From the NCBI GenBank assembly GCA_024695235.1, contig JAILIP010000006.1, forward strand, positions 7,378 to 71,377: 64,000 nt of DNA. The letters run 5' to 3'. Positions 1-10,038 of the stretch are shown piece by piece. Position 1 is the first letter of the stretch, and every line of letters starts with the position of its first letter. The translations under genes and the position numbers were made by a program. The stretch comes from Bacilli bacterium. GTDB taxonomy: Bacteria > Bacillota_I > Bacilli_A > RFN20 > CAG-826. Below the pieces are notes generated by a model. The model was not told the origin of the DNA and did not search any database. It saw only the letters and a program-made list of their open reading frames with translations.

Positions 1-834
<834 letters not shown>

Positions 835-1680
835 TTATTTTTGTTGACCAGCAACGACTTCGTTTATCTCTTGAGTAATAGCGGCTTGTCGTGCTTTGTT
901 ATATTCGAGTGTTAAATCTGCAATTAAATCATCAGCGTTATCAGTAGCGTTTTCCATTGCTGTTCTACGAGATGCTTGTTCACTGACTTGTGACTCAATT
1001 ATCTTTTGATAAAGCAAGGAATTTACATAAATAGGCACCAAATCTTTAATTAAGGTCTTGATGTCAGGATCAAAGATCGGTGGATATTCGAGTTCATTAA
1101 CTTCTCCCTCTTCAGCAAGTGGGAAGATAGTGATTAACTCTGGGACGAATTTAATGGAATTAACGTATTTGGTATATACCAATTTGATTGATTTAAACTT
1201 GCCTTTAATGAATTCGTAGTGAATGCTACGAGCAAGTTTTGCGATATCTTCATAATTTATGTGTTCATTTAAGGAAACATAATTTTCATCTATCTCATAG
1301 CCATTTCTGCGATAATACTCATCGCCTTTTATGCCAATTGGCATAATAAGTGACTTATCTTTTGGAACATTGCTATCTACAAAGCGATAGACATCATTGT
1401 TGTATCCAGCACATAATCCAAGATTTGAGTTAACAACGATAACTAAATCTTTTGGAGCGTCTTTTTCTTCTAAATAAAGCGAATTTTCTTCTTTGCTGAG
1501 CTTACTAAAAAGCATATGTATCAATGATACAATTTCATTTGTATAACACTCATTGTCGAGCATTATATCCTTATACCTTTTTAGCTTTACGGTAGCGACA
1601 AGTTCCATCGCTTTGGTTATCTTCTTAGTAGAGTTAACCGAGACGATGCGTCGCTTCGTTTTATTTAGACCTGCTGCCAT
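835..1680 (-). CDS. atpG: F1Fo ATP synthase subunit gamma
   Basis: 281-aa ORF. N-terminus MAAGLNKTKRRIVSVNSTKKITKAMELVA and C-terminus ITQEINEVVAGQ are typical of gamma. Operon position fits. Confidence 0.93.
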   Translation of the reverse strand: MAAGLNKTKRRIVSVNSTKKITKAMELVATVKLKRYKDIMLDNECYTNEIVSLIHMLFSKLSKEENSLYLEEKDAPKDLVIVVNSNLGLCAGYNNDVYRFVDSNVPKDKSLIMPIGIKGDEYYRRNGYEIDENYVSLNEHINYEDIAKLARSIHYEFIKGKFKSIKLVYTKYVNSIKFVPELITIFPLAEEGEVNELEYPPIFDPDIKTLIKDLVPIYVNSLLYQKIIESQVSEQASRRTAMENATDNADDLIADLTLEYNKARQAAITQEINEVVAGQQK

Positions 1681-1681
1681 A

Positions 1682-3184
1682 TTACAAAGATTCCATGAAC
1701 TCTTTAATGATGCCTTTTAACTTCTCAGTTAATTCATCAGAAAGAGCTTTCTTTTCTTTAATTTCCTTAATCACTTCAGAATGTGAGGCGGAAATATATT
1801 CATATAATTTTGTTAATGTTGGTTTAACATTTTCGATTGATAGATTTTCTAAAAATCTATGTTTAGCGGCAAATAGTTCGATAACTTGGCGATCAACTGG
1901 ATAGGTATCGTATTGATTTTGTTTAAGTACTTCCATCAATATTTGACCGTGATTTAAGACCTCTTTAGTCTCTTTATCAAGGTCACTTCCAAATTGTGAG
2001 AACGCTTGAAGTTCACGATAGCTAGCAAGTTCAATCTTTAGTGAGTTTGCAACTTGCTTCATTGCCTTAATTTGAGCGGCACTTCCAACACGGCTAACAG
2101 ATAAGCCTGAATCAATAGCAGGTCTTTGACCAGCATTGAATAAATCAGACATTAAGAATATTTGTCCATCTGTGATAGAAATGACATTTGTTGGAATGTA
2201 GGCTGAAATATCGCCGGCTTGGGTTTCGATGATTGGAAGGGCTGTAATAGAACCACCACCATGTTCATCATCGAGCTTACATGCTCTTTCAAGCAATCTA
2301 CTATGTAGATAGAAGACATCACCAGGATAGGCTTCTCTACCGCTTGGACGCTTGAGTAATAGTGAGAGTGCACGATATGCAACCGCATGCTTACTTAAAT
2401 CGTCAAAGACGATGAGGACATCTTTTCCTTGATTGAGCCATTCTTCTGCCATAGCCATACCTGAATATGGAGCGATGTATAAAAGTGGAGCGAGTTCACT
2501 AGCGGTAGCTGAAACAACTACGGTATAGTCCATAGCACCACTCTTTTTAAGTTTGTCGACAATAGAAGCTACTGTTGAGTTCTTTTGACCGATAGCAACG
2601 TAAATACAATTTACGTTCTCATGTTTTTGGTTGATGATTGTATCAATAGCGATAGCAGTTTTACCTGTTTGACGATCACCGATGATAAGTTCACGTTGAC
2701 CTCTACCAATTGGAATCATGCCATCAATGGCTTTGATGCCTGTTTGAAGAGGTGTATCAACACTTTTACGGTACATAACTCCTGGAGCGATAACTTCAAT
2801 AGGACGAGACGTTTTGCTCTTAACTTCACCGAGTCCATCAAGAGGTTGTCCTAAAGCGTTAACGACTCTACCAAGAAGGGCGTCACCGGTTGGAACTTCA
2901 ACGACACTTTTTGTGCGTTTGACTAGGTCACCTTCTTTAATTTCGGAGTCACTTCCTAAAAGAACACAGCCAACATTTTCTTCTTCTAAGTTCATTACCA
3001 TGCCATAGATGTCATGTGGAAACAATACAAGTTCACCAAGCATTGCTTTATCAAGACCATAAACCAAAGCAACACCATCACCAACGGTGATAACTGTGCC
3101 GACATCGTCTGATTCGACCTTGTGTGAAAAATCTTCTATTTGTTTCTTAATCAAGGCAGATATTTCGGAAGAATTTATTTTCAT
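1682..3184 (-). CDS. atpA: F1Fo ATP synthase subunit alpha
   Basis: 500-aa ORF with Walker A GDRQTGKT and conserved alpha-subunit blocks. Confidence 0.97.
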   Translation of the reverse strand: MKINSSEISALIKKQIEDFSHKVESDDVGTVITVGDGVALVYGLDKAMLGELVLFPHDIYGMVMNLEEENVGCVLLGSDSEIKEGDLVKRTKSVVEVPTGDALLGRVVNALGQPLDGLGEVKSKTSRPIEVIAPGVMYRKSVDTPLQTGIKAIDGMIPIGRGQRELIIGDRQTGKTAIAIDTIINQKHENVNCIYVAIGQKNSTVASIVDKLKKSGAMDYTVVVSATASELAPLLYIAPYSGMAMAEEWLNQGKDVLIVFDDLSKHAVAYRALSLLLKRPSGREAYPGDVFYLHSRLLERACKLDDEHGGGSITALPIIETQAGDISAYIPTNVISITDGQIFLMSDLFNAGQRPAIDSGLSVSRVGSAAQIKAMKQVANSLKIELASYRELQAFSQFGSDLDKETKEVLNHGQILMEVLKQNQYDTYPVDRQVIELFAAKHRFLENLSIENVKPTLTKLYEYISASHSEVIKEIKEKKALSDELTEKLKGIIKEFMESL

Positions 3185-3726
3185 TGATTGCTTCTCCTTT
3201 CATTAAGTTTTGTTTTCATTGTTTCGAGTTTGTATTTGATTGATCCATCAAAAACGTGATCGTGAACGACGACTTTAATACCGCCTATAAGGCGTTCATC
3301 AATACAATTAGATAGTTCGACTGTTTGATTTAGCTTTTTGGATATGGCTTTTTCAACATCACTAATCTGTTTTTCAGTTAATGGAGTTGTTGAGTAGATA
3401 TATCCTTCGCTGATTCCGATATTTTCATTGCATGAAGAGATGAACTCATTAGCAATGTATTTAAAGGAGTTAAAGCGATGTTTTTTGACGAGGAGTTTAA
3501 GGAACGGACTTAATGAATTAAGTTTGAAATCCTTAGTGATTTTATCTATCAAGATAAACTTCTCTTCATCACTTACAAAGTAAGATTTTAAATATGTGTT
3601 TGCCTCTAAGTCAGACTCAAAGAACGCAAGAAGAGATTTAATCGCTTCTTTGTATTCCTTTACCTTACCTTCATCTTTAGCAAGGGAAAGAAGGGCATTC
3701 GAGTATCTAACGTAGAGCGAATCCAT
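3181..3726 (-). CDS. atpH: F1Fo ATP synthase subunit delta (OSCP)
   Basis: 181-aa ORF between atpF and atpA. Overlapping stop/start codons. OSCP-like N-terminus [14 protein letters not shown]. Confidence 0.85.
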   Translation of the reverse strand: MDSLYVRYSNALLSLAKDEGKVKEYKEAIKSLLAFFESDLEANTYLKSYFVSDEEKFILIDKITKDFKLNSLSPFLKLLVKKHRFNSFKYIANEFISSCNENIGISEGYIYSTTPLTEKQISDVEKAISKKLNQTVELSNCIDERLIGGIKVVVHDHVFDGSIKYKLETMKTKLNERRSNQ

Positions 3727-4316
3727 TATTTATCTTCCTTTTCTAAATCTTTAACGAAGTCTTCGACTAAGCGTTTGTTATCGTCTTCTTTAACTTCGCG
3801 ATTGAGAATCTTTTCTGATGCATCCAAGGCGACCGAAACGATTTCGCGATGGATTTCATCTTTGCTTGCTTCAATTTCTTGAGCGATTTCTTGTTTGGCT
3901 TTTTCTTTTTCTTGTTTGGCTTCTTCTTTGGCTTGAGCGATGATTGCTTCTTTTTGTTTGTTAGCGTCTTCTTGAGCTTTTTCCACGATTAAAACTGCTG
4001 ACTTTTTGCTTTCAGCAACGTTTTTCTCTGCTTCACTTACTAAAGTGCGAGATTTTTCTTCTCTACTCTCTGCAGCTTTAATTTTGCCTTCGACATAGTC
4101 TCCTCTATCCTTGATGAATTTCTTGATTGGTTTATAACCAAGATAGAACGCAGCAAGTAGTAAGACGATAAATGCCAAAAATACAGCGAGGAAGTCCCAG
4201 ACGTTAAACGAAATACGTGAAATAAAGTCTTCGCTATTAAATGGGGCACCATCACAGCCAGTTAAAGTTAATGCAGAGAATAATAATACTAGTATTATTT
4301 TCCCTTTATTTTTCAT
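3726..4316 (-). CDS. atpF: F1Fo ATP synthase subunit b with an N-terminal lipoprotein-type signal (lipobox LTGC)
   Basis: 196-aa ORF. MKNKGKIILVLLFSALTLTGC, then a second hydrophobic helix, then a long charged coiled-coil typical of subunit b. Operon position fits. Confidence 0.85.
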   Translation of the reverse strand: MKNKGKIILVLLFSALTLTGCDGAPFNSEDFISRISFNVWDFLAVFLAFIVLLLAAFYLGYKPIKKFIKDRGDYVEGKIKAAESREEKSRTLVSEAEKNVAESKKSAVLIVEKAQEDANKQKEAIIAQAKEEAKQEKEKAKQEIAQEIEASKDEIHREIVSVALDASEKILNREVKEDDNKRLVEDFVKDLEKEDK

Positions 4317-4352
4317 AAAAAGCCTCCTTAAAAGTTAAACAAGAATTGTGTC

Positions 4353-4598
4353 TTAGTGAACGATTGATCCAGGTAAGACGAAGATGAGTAAAATGGCAAC
4401 AAGTAATGCGTAAATACCACAGGTTTCAACTAATGCTGCACCAATAATCATTGATGAACGTAAGTTTTTACCAGCTTCTGGATTACGTGCCATACCATCG
4501 ATAGCTTTAGTAATGAGCATTGCTTCACCAAGGGATGAACATCCTGAGGAGAAAATAGCAATAGCGGCTGCTAAAGCAATTGCACCGATATCTGTCAT
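4353..4598 (-). CDS. atpE: F1Fo ATP synthase subunit c (proteolipid)
   Basis: 81-aa two-helix hairpin with the loop ARNPEA and the helix-2 carboxylate in LVETCGIY. Confidence 0.93.
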   Translation of the reverse strand: MTDIGAIALAAAIAIFSSGCSSLGEAMLITKAIDGMARNPEAGKNLRSSMIIGAALVETCGIYALLVAILLIFVLPGSIVH

Positions 4599-5369
4599 TT
4601 AGTTAGCCTCCTTTCTTGAAGTTAATTTTGTTTCTTTTTCAACATCAACCTCTGGTTTTTCTTGAGCAACGAATAATGTTGTTAAGAAGACAAACACCAA
4701 GGATTGGATGAATGATGAGAAAACATCAAAGTATGCATGTAGTAATGGAGTGGCGATTGGAACAAAGAAAAGTTCTCCTTGTGTCCCAAAGCCTAAGCCT
4801 GCCCCGAATATCGCAGCAGAGGCATTACCAAGGCCCCAGTTAACTAAAGTTAATAAAACCCATCCCACAAGCGCGTTACCAAAAAGACGCAATGAGAGAG
4901 ATAAAAGTGGAGCCCACATACTTAGTAAGTTAATTGGTAAAAAGAACGGAAATGGTTCAACGTAACGTTTGAAGTATTTCCAGTGATTATATCTAATAGC
5001 GGTAAAGTGAATGAGTAAGAAAGTCACTAATCCTAGTGATAATGGTACTGGTAGATATGCCATTGGGGTTGGTAAACCAGTAATACCAATGATGAAGTTA
5101 GAGAATACAAATAGGATGATTCCTAAAAGGATACCTCCAAAATTTTCAAAACCTTCACCCATATTTTCTTCGACAAAACCATCGAGCTTTTCAACAGCCC
5201 AATCAGCAACTAAAAGAATGCCTTTTGGTCGTTTCGTAGGATCAGCGTGTCTAGCAATCGCACCAACGATAATCATAAAAATGGCAAGAACTAAACATAA
5301 GGCGACACAAACAATCGTCTCTAGATTAGGAGCAAATTTAAGATTTTCTGGTCCGATGAGATTGCCCAT
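4599..5369 (-). CDS. atpB: F1Fo ATP synthase subunit a
   Basis: 256-aa polytopic membrane ORF with the stator arginine motif LSLRLFGN. Confidence 0.92.
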   Translation of the reverse strand: MGNLIGPENLKFAPNLETIVCVALCLVLAIFMIIVGAIARHADPTKRPKGILLVADWAVEKLDGFVEENMGEGFENFGGILLGIILFVFSNFIIGITGLPTPMAYLPVPLSLGLVTFLLIHFTAIRYNHWKYFKRYVEPFPFFLPINLLSMWAPLLSLSLRLFGNALVGWVLLTLVNWGLGNASAAIFGAGLGFGTQGELFFVPIATPLLHAYFDVFSSFIQSLVFVFLTTLFVAQEKPEVDVEKETKLTSRKEAN

Positions 5370-5812
5370 TATTTTTCCTCATCCTCTTCTTTTTCACTTA
5401 TAGTGACAATGGACTTTTTGTTCTTTAGCATCACAGCGATGACAACTATTTGCATAGGCGTGTATGCGATTAAAAGTCCCCAGATTGCATTCTTAAATGC
5501 AGGGACTGGTTCAATCTTGCCTAAAAAACCATATGAGAATATAGCGACTACAAGTAGTCCAACTAGGAACAACGCCATTCTTGAAAAATAGAACAACAAA
5601 AATTGATATGTCTTTAGATTCTTTAATGCAACTTCACTGCCCTTATAAAGGAGATAGATGTTAACAATCTCAATTAGAGAGCCAATTCCAACGCCGATTA
5701 GCCATCCTGGTTGATGCGCTACAAAAAGTGGAATGAGGGCAAGTAAAGCTAGTGCTACTGAGACAATAGCAGCAATAACTAGCATTTTTTGGAGTTCACT
5801 TAGTTTTTTCAT
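5369..5812 (-). CDS. atpI: ATP synthase protein I-like small membrane protein
   Basis: 147-aa ORF with 4 hydrophobic segments. First gene of the atp operon; its stop overlaps the atpB start. Confidence 0.6.
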   Translation of the reverse strand: MKKLSELQKMLVIAAIVSVALALLALIPLFVAHQPGWLIGVGIGSLIEIVNIYLLYKGSEVALKNLKTYQFLLFYFSRMALFLVGLLVVAIFSYGFLGKIEPVPAFKNAIWGLLIAYTPMQIVVIAVMLKNKKSIVTISEKEEDEEK

Positions 5813-5850
5813 CGCGTGTACCTACATTATGTAAATTATGTATGCGCAAA

Positions 5851-5880
5851 GAAAAAAAGTCAACCGCTATCGATTGACTT
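5851..5880 (-). terminator. Intrinsic terminator downstream of pfp
   Basis: On the minus strand, stem AAGTCAA/TTGACTT is followed by a T-run, 18 nt after the pfp stop. Confidence 0.6.
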
Positions 5881-5897
5881 TTCATCTAGTTTTTTGC

Positions 5898-7106
5898 TTA
5901 TTTAACGCGAACTTTCTTTAAAACAGCTGATTTAATAATGCCATTTTCATATTCGATGTTAATTTCGCCTTGGATAAGAGGCAAACAATATTCACGGAAT
6001 GAAGCATTCATGCAGGTATCATCTTTCATCATGGAAGTTGGTACCTTTCTTTCAACGTTAGCAATCTTAGTGATATCAACTGGTTCAAATGATGCTTTGT
6101 ATGGATTGGATGATACACGCTTAATAGCGATCATGTGTCCAGACATGCCTTCAAGAGCTTTTTGAACAGCAAGACGACCGCACATGATTGTTTCATCTTG
6201 ATCAACCTTACTTGTTAAGAAAGAATATGCTCTTTGAGGAAGTGATAATTCAATTGATCTTGTCTTAAGGTCAAGACGCTCATCAACAATCTTTGCAAGG
6301 TCAGCAGCGGCTCCACCAAGTTGCTTATGACCGAAGCTATCAATGCGAACATTAGATTCATCTCTTTCGAATTCAATTCCTTCGGAAATAGCGGCAATAA
6401 CATAACCTTTTTGATCAAATTTAGCTTTGATATCTTTAAGGAATTTTTCAAGGTCAAATTTGTTTTCTGGAAGGTAGATGAAATCAGGTCTGGTCTCCTT
6501 AGGGAGAAGATCAACTGCAGCAGTTAACCATCCAGCATTACGGCCCATGATTTCGATGATGAAGACCTTACCGTTTTTATAACAAGATGCATCAATGCAG
6601 ATTTCTTTAACCGTGTTAATGATGTATTTAGCAGCACTTCCAAATCCGTTGGAGTGATCTGTTTCTGCTAAGTCATTATCAACTGTTTTTGGAACACCCA
6701 TGACTTTAATATCAAGGTTGAGTTCTTTGCATAATGCGCTTAGTTTTGCACATGTATCCATGGAATCATTACCACCATTGACGAATACATAGCCAATATT
6801 GTGTTTCCTTAACGTGTCAATAATTGCTTGATATTCTTTATCGTGATAATCCTTTGGAAGTTTATGACGTGATGTACCAAGAATTGAACCCGGAGTTTGT
6901 TTTAATAGTTCAATTGTTTTTTCATCTTCTTGACCAAGGTCAATAAGTTCATCACAAAGAAGTCCTTCAATACCGTGAAGAGATCCATAGATGTGAGAGA
7001 TTTCTTCTGGGTGAGCTTGAGCTTCTTTAATAGCACCATAAAGTGATGAGTTAATTACAGATGTTGGACCACCACTTTGGATGTATACCATTGCTTTTTT
7101 TGCCAT
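5898..7106 (-). CDS. pfp: Phosphofructokinase, PPi-dependent type by motif
   Basis: PFK family. GGNDS stands in place of the ATP-type GGDGS, and GVPKTVDND has Lys where ATP-PFKs have Gly. Start moved to the ATG at 7106 (MAKKAMVYIQSGG), which is preceded by AAAGGAG. The ORF-track start at 7133 has no RBS. Confidence 0.85.
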   Translation of the reverse strand: MAKKAMVYIQSGGPTSVINSSLYGAIKEAQAHPEEISHIYGSLHGIEGLLCDELIDLGQEDEKTIELLKQTPGSILGTSRHKLPKDYHDKEYQAIIDTLRKHNIGYVFVNGGNDSMDTCAKLSALCKELNLDIKVMGVPKTVDNDLAETDHSNGFGSAAKYIINTVKEICIDASCYKNGKVFIIEIMGRNAGWLTAAVDLLPKETRPDFIYLPENKFDLEKFLKDIKAKFDQKGYVIAAISEGIEFERDESNVRIDSFGHKQLGGAAADLAKIVDERLDLKTRSIELSLPQRAYSFLTSKVDQDETIMCGRLAVQKALEGMSGHMIAIKRVSSNPYKASFEPVDITKIANVERKVPTSMMKDDTCMNASFREYCLPLIQGEINIEYENGIIKSAVLKKVRVK

Positions 7107-7195
7107 ATATTTCTCCTTTATTTTCGTGAACAACTTAAAAAGCGTTCATATTATAGCCTTGATTATTTTATCTAAAATTAATCACCTTGTAAATA

Positions 7196-7711
7196 TCAAA
7201 CTGATAGGATAAGGTGGTCATTTATATCGTATATTTTCACTCCATTTTCGTCTATTGTTCCATAGCATTTTTTGGAGTTTCCACGAGGTAAAGATATGCT
7301 TCCTATATTAACAAAAGTAATATTTGAACTAGTATGCAAAGATACTCTATGAGTATGTCCGTGTACTATAAAAGCATTATCTTTATCTAATAATGTATCT
7401 ATATTAAAGTGCAAATAATCACCATGAACAAAGAGGTAATTTCTGTTAAAAATATGCACCAAAAAATCATCTCTTAATTCAACATCAAAAACATCATCGG
7501 AAAGGTAACGATCACAGTTACCTCTAATCAGTATGAATTTATCACTGAGAAAGTTGATGAGTTCGATGATTTGTTTGTCATCTTCATAGTCACCCGAAAA
7601 GTAGTCTCCAAGAAGGATAATTTTGTCGCATTTTAGGTCTTTGGATTTCTTGATAAGAAACTTCAAACCTTCAACGCTTCCATGGATATCACTACCGAGC
7701 AAGTATTTCAT
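7196..7711 (-). CDS. YfcE/MJ0936-family metallophosphoesterase
   Basis: 171-aa ORF with calcineurin-like motifs: DIHGS, LGDY, GNCD, VHGHTH. Confidence 0.8.
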   Translation of the reverse strand: MKYLLGSDIHGSVEGLKFLIKKSKDLKCDKIILLGDYFSGDYEDDKQIIELINFLSDKFILIRGNCDRYLSDDVFDVELRDDFLVHIFNRNYLFVHGDYLHFNIDTLLDKDNAFIVHGHTHRVSLHTSSNITFVNIGSISLPRGNSKKCYGTIDENGVKIYDINDHLILSV

Positions 7712-7799
7712 TACTATGATTATAGCGCGTTAGCTTTGCGAGCGCTTGAAATATTCGGGTGCCTGTATTATATTAAAATCATCAATTCGGAGGAAAAAT

Positions 7800-9437
7800 A
7801 TGTCATTTAAATTACAATACCTTGGCAAAGAAAAAGAGTTTGATAAGAATGTCAAACTCCTCGACTTAATTGACAACAAAGATAAAAGCATCATCGCTGC
7901 TCGTGTTAACAACCGTGTTCGTGAGTTAACATACGAAGTATACTACGATGCAAAAATCGAATTCATCACCGTTAAAGATGTCGATGCTATTAAGATTTAT
8001 GAATCTTCACTTCGCTTCGTCATCGCGATGGCGTTTGCTCGTGTTTATCCAGATGTCAAAATTAGACTTTGCTATAACGTTTCTCGTTCAATCTTCGTCC
8101 AATTATTAGAAGGACAAAAGAGCACACCAGAAATGGCTGAAAAGATTGAAAAGGAAATGAGAAAAATCGTCGAAGCCGACTATCCACTTAAACGCTTTGT
8201 CGTTAGTAAAGAAGAAGCTAAAGACATCTATGTTAAAAACCACCTCGAAGATAAACTCGCAATTCTTCAATATCGTCCAGAAAAGACCATCCATCTTTAT
8301 GACTGTGATGGCTACTTGAACTATATGTATTCACATATGGTTCCATCCACTGGATACTTAAAAGATTTTGCTGTTAGATTCTATCATCCAGGTATCATTG
8401 TTCAATATCCACGTGCAGAAGCCTGTGGAAAGATTCCTGAATTCGTTGACGCTCCAACATTCGGTAAGACTCTTAAAGAATCACACGAATGGGGTGTTAT
8501 CGCTGGTGCAGACTCAGTTGCAGGCATCAATGCTCATATTAAACGTGATGGTGTAATTGACTTTATTCAATTATGTGAAGCACGTCATAATAGAATGCTC
8601 GCTCAACTTGGCGACATGATTGAAAGCGATATGGAAAATATCAAACTCATTTGTATCGCTGGTCCATCAAGTTCAGGCAAAACAACATTCGCTAATAGAC
8701 TTAGAGTAGAACTCCTCTCAAGAGGACTTAAACCAGTTCGTATTTCTATTGATGACTACTACCTACCAAAGTCACAAGCTCCAAAAGATGAAGATGGAAA
8801 ACCAGATTTAGAGAGTATCGAAGCTCTTGATATTGAAGGTTTCAACAAAGATATGCTCGCCCTTATCTCTGGTGAAGAAGTTCAACTTCCAAAATTCGAT
8901 TTCAAACTTGGACATCGTGTTCCAGGTAGAGTTCTCAAAATGGGTGAAAACGAACCAATTATCATTGAAGGTATCCACGCCTTAAATGAACGTATGACAA
9001 CACTCATTCCAAAGCATCAAAAGTTCAAAATCTTCATCGCTCCACAAGCTCAAATTAACTTAGATAATACCAACCCAATTTCAATTACAGACTTACGTCT
9101 ACTTCGTAGAATTGTCCGTGATTACCAATTCCGTGGTGCATCTGCTGAAGAAACAATGTCCATGTGGCCAAGCGTTAGAAGAGGCGAATTCAAGTGGATT
9201 TATGACACTCAAGAAGGTGCTAATTATGTATATAACTCCATGCTCTCATATGAATTATGTGTCATGAAGAAATATGCAATGCCACTTCTTCAAGCAATCG
9301 AACAAGAAAATCCATACTTCCCAATCGCTGAAAGACTTATCAGAATGCTCAAGCACTTTGATGATATGCCAGATGAATGGGTACCATGTAACTCCCTTAT
9401 GAGAGAGTTCATCGGTGGATCTTGCTACGCTGACTAA
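7800..9437 (+). CDS. Uridine-kinase/PRK-family P-loop kinase fused to an N-terminal TGS/ThrRS-like domain
   Basis: P-loop GPSSSGKTT followed by a udk-like block. The N-terminal ~280 aa are TGS-like. Start set at the ATG at 7800, preceded by GGAGGA. The track start at 7746 is TTG. Confidence 0.7.
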   Translation: MSFKLQYLGKEKEFDKNVKLLDLIDNKDKSIIAARVNNRVRELTYEVYYDAKIEFITVKDVDAIKIYESSLRFVIAMAFARVYPDVKIRLCYNVSRSIFVQLLEGQKSTPEMAEKIEKEMRKIVEADYPLKRFVVSKEEAKDIYVKNHLEDKLAILQYRPEKTIHLYDCDGYLNYMYSHMVPSTGYLKDFAVRFYHPGIIVQYPRAEACGKIPEFVDAPTFGKTLKESHEWGVIAGADSVAGINAHIKRDGVIDFIQLCEARHNRMLAQLGDMIESDMENIKLICIAGPSSSGKTTFANRLRVELLSRGLKPVRISIDDYYLPKSQAPKDEDGKPDLESIEALDIEGFNKDMLALISGEEVQLPKFDFKLGHRVPGRVLKMGENEPIIIEGIHALNERMTTLIPKHQKFKIFIAPQAQINLDNTNPISITDLRLLRRIVRDYQFRGASAEETMSMWPSVRRGEFKWIYDTQEGANYVYNSMLSYELCVMKKYAMPLLQAIEQENPYFPIAERLIRMLKHFDDMPDEWVPCNSLMREFIGGSCYAD

Positions 9438-9453
9438 TCATTAATAAAAATTA

Positions 9454-9478
9454 GAAGGTCGAAAGGCCTTCTTTTTTT
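9454..9478 (+). terminator. Intrinsic terminator after the kinase gene
   Basis: Stem GAAGGTC / GGCCTTC with a GAAA loop, followed by T7. Confidence 0.8.
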
Positions 9479-9665
9479 AAATTTAATATAGTTGATAATA
9501 AATAAGGAAGTTATACTTCCTTTTTCTTTGCAAAGCTAGATTTGTTCGATTTGAGACTAATTCGAAAATATATCGTGTATATTAGATGTGTCAAAGCAAA
9601 GACATTAAAACTCGAGAATGGATACCTCCAGGATATTAAAAATTTAATAGAAAGGAGGTAAGTCT

Positions 9666-9752
9666 ATGAGAAATCATACGGAACTGGAGAGTGCTCTGAT
9701 TCTTCTATGTCTTCTCTTGTTTGTCATACTGCTGCTGCGGATATGCAAATAA
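9666..9752 (+). CDS. Candidate type I toxin-like small hydrophobic peptide A (28 aa)
   Basis: AAAGGAGGTA RBS 7 nt upstream. Peptide MRNHTELESALILLCLLLFVILLLRICK has a polar head, a single hydrophobic helix and a basic tail. Too short to appear in the ORF track. Confidence 0.5.
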   Translation: MRNHTELESALILLCLLLFVILLLRICK

Positions 9753-9802
9753 AAAAATAGACCCATAAGGGTTGACTGAAGTCCTGAAGGTCCATTCTTT
9801 CT
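9751..9802 (-). ncRNA. Candidate cis-antisense RNA A (putative antitoxin), ~50 nt
   Basis: Extended -10 TGCTATAAT on the minus strand (reverse complement of 9809-9817). Hairpin ACCC/GGGT (9761-9772) plus a U-run complementary to the A-run at the toxin stop codon. Ends are approximate. Confidence 0.35.
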
Positions 9803-9901
9803 GTCTTTATTATAGCACTATCACGTCAAAGTTAAAGACGTTAAAACTCGGAATCGATTACCTCTGGCCATTAAACAATCTTAATGAAAGGAGGTACGTG
9901 C

Positions 9902-9982
9902 ATGAAACAATTAAGTGAACTTGAGATTGTGCTCTTCACTTTGGTTGTCATCATCTTTCTATTTATTGGCTCTGCTAGATAA
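9902..9982 (+). CDS. Candidate type I toxin-like small hydrophobic peptide B (26 aa)
   Basis: AAAGGAGGTA RBS 7 nt upstream. Peptide MKQLSELEIVLFTLVVIIFLFIGSAR shares the (T/S)ELE head with peptide A. Confidence 0.5.
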   Translation: MKQLSELEIVLFTLVVIIFLFIGSAR

Positions 9983-10038
9983 AAAGAAAAATCGCCTGTA
10001 AGGCGCCTGACAAGTGGCTTGAGGGGTCGATTCTTCCT
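9981..10038 (-). ncRNA. Candidate cis-antisense RNA B (putative antitoxin), ~58 nt
   Basis: Extended -10 TGATATAAT on the minus strand (reverse complement of 10045-10053). Hairpin CGCC/GGCG (9993-10005) plus a U-rich run abutting the toxin B stop codon. Ends are approximate. Confidence 0.35.

Noticed and set aside
1695-5591. Plus-strand ORFs of 60-130 aa inside the atp operon (e.g. 1695-1904, 2585-2854, 2814-3008, 4708-4965, 5011-5403, 5403-5591), plus same-strand off-frame ORFs (2152-2388, 4040-4255)
   Set aside because: They lie entirely within well-supported atp genes on the opposite strand or in another frame. They lack RBSs and have low-complexity, shadow-ORF composition.
9505-9529. Second hairpin plus T-run (AGGAAGT-TAT-ACTTCCT TTTTC) downstream of the kinase-gene terminator. 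Considered as an orphan sRNA terminator or a third, decayed TA unit.
   Set aside because: No promoter, sORF or leader similarity precedes it. It is most simply a tandem back-up terminator.
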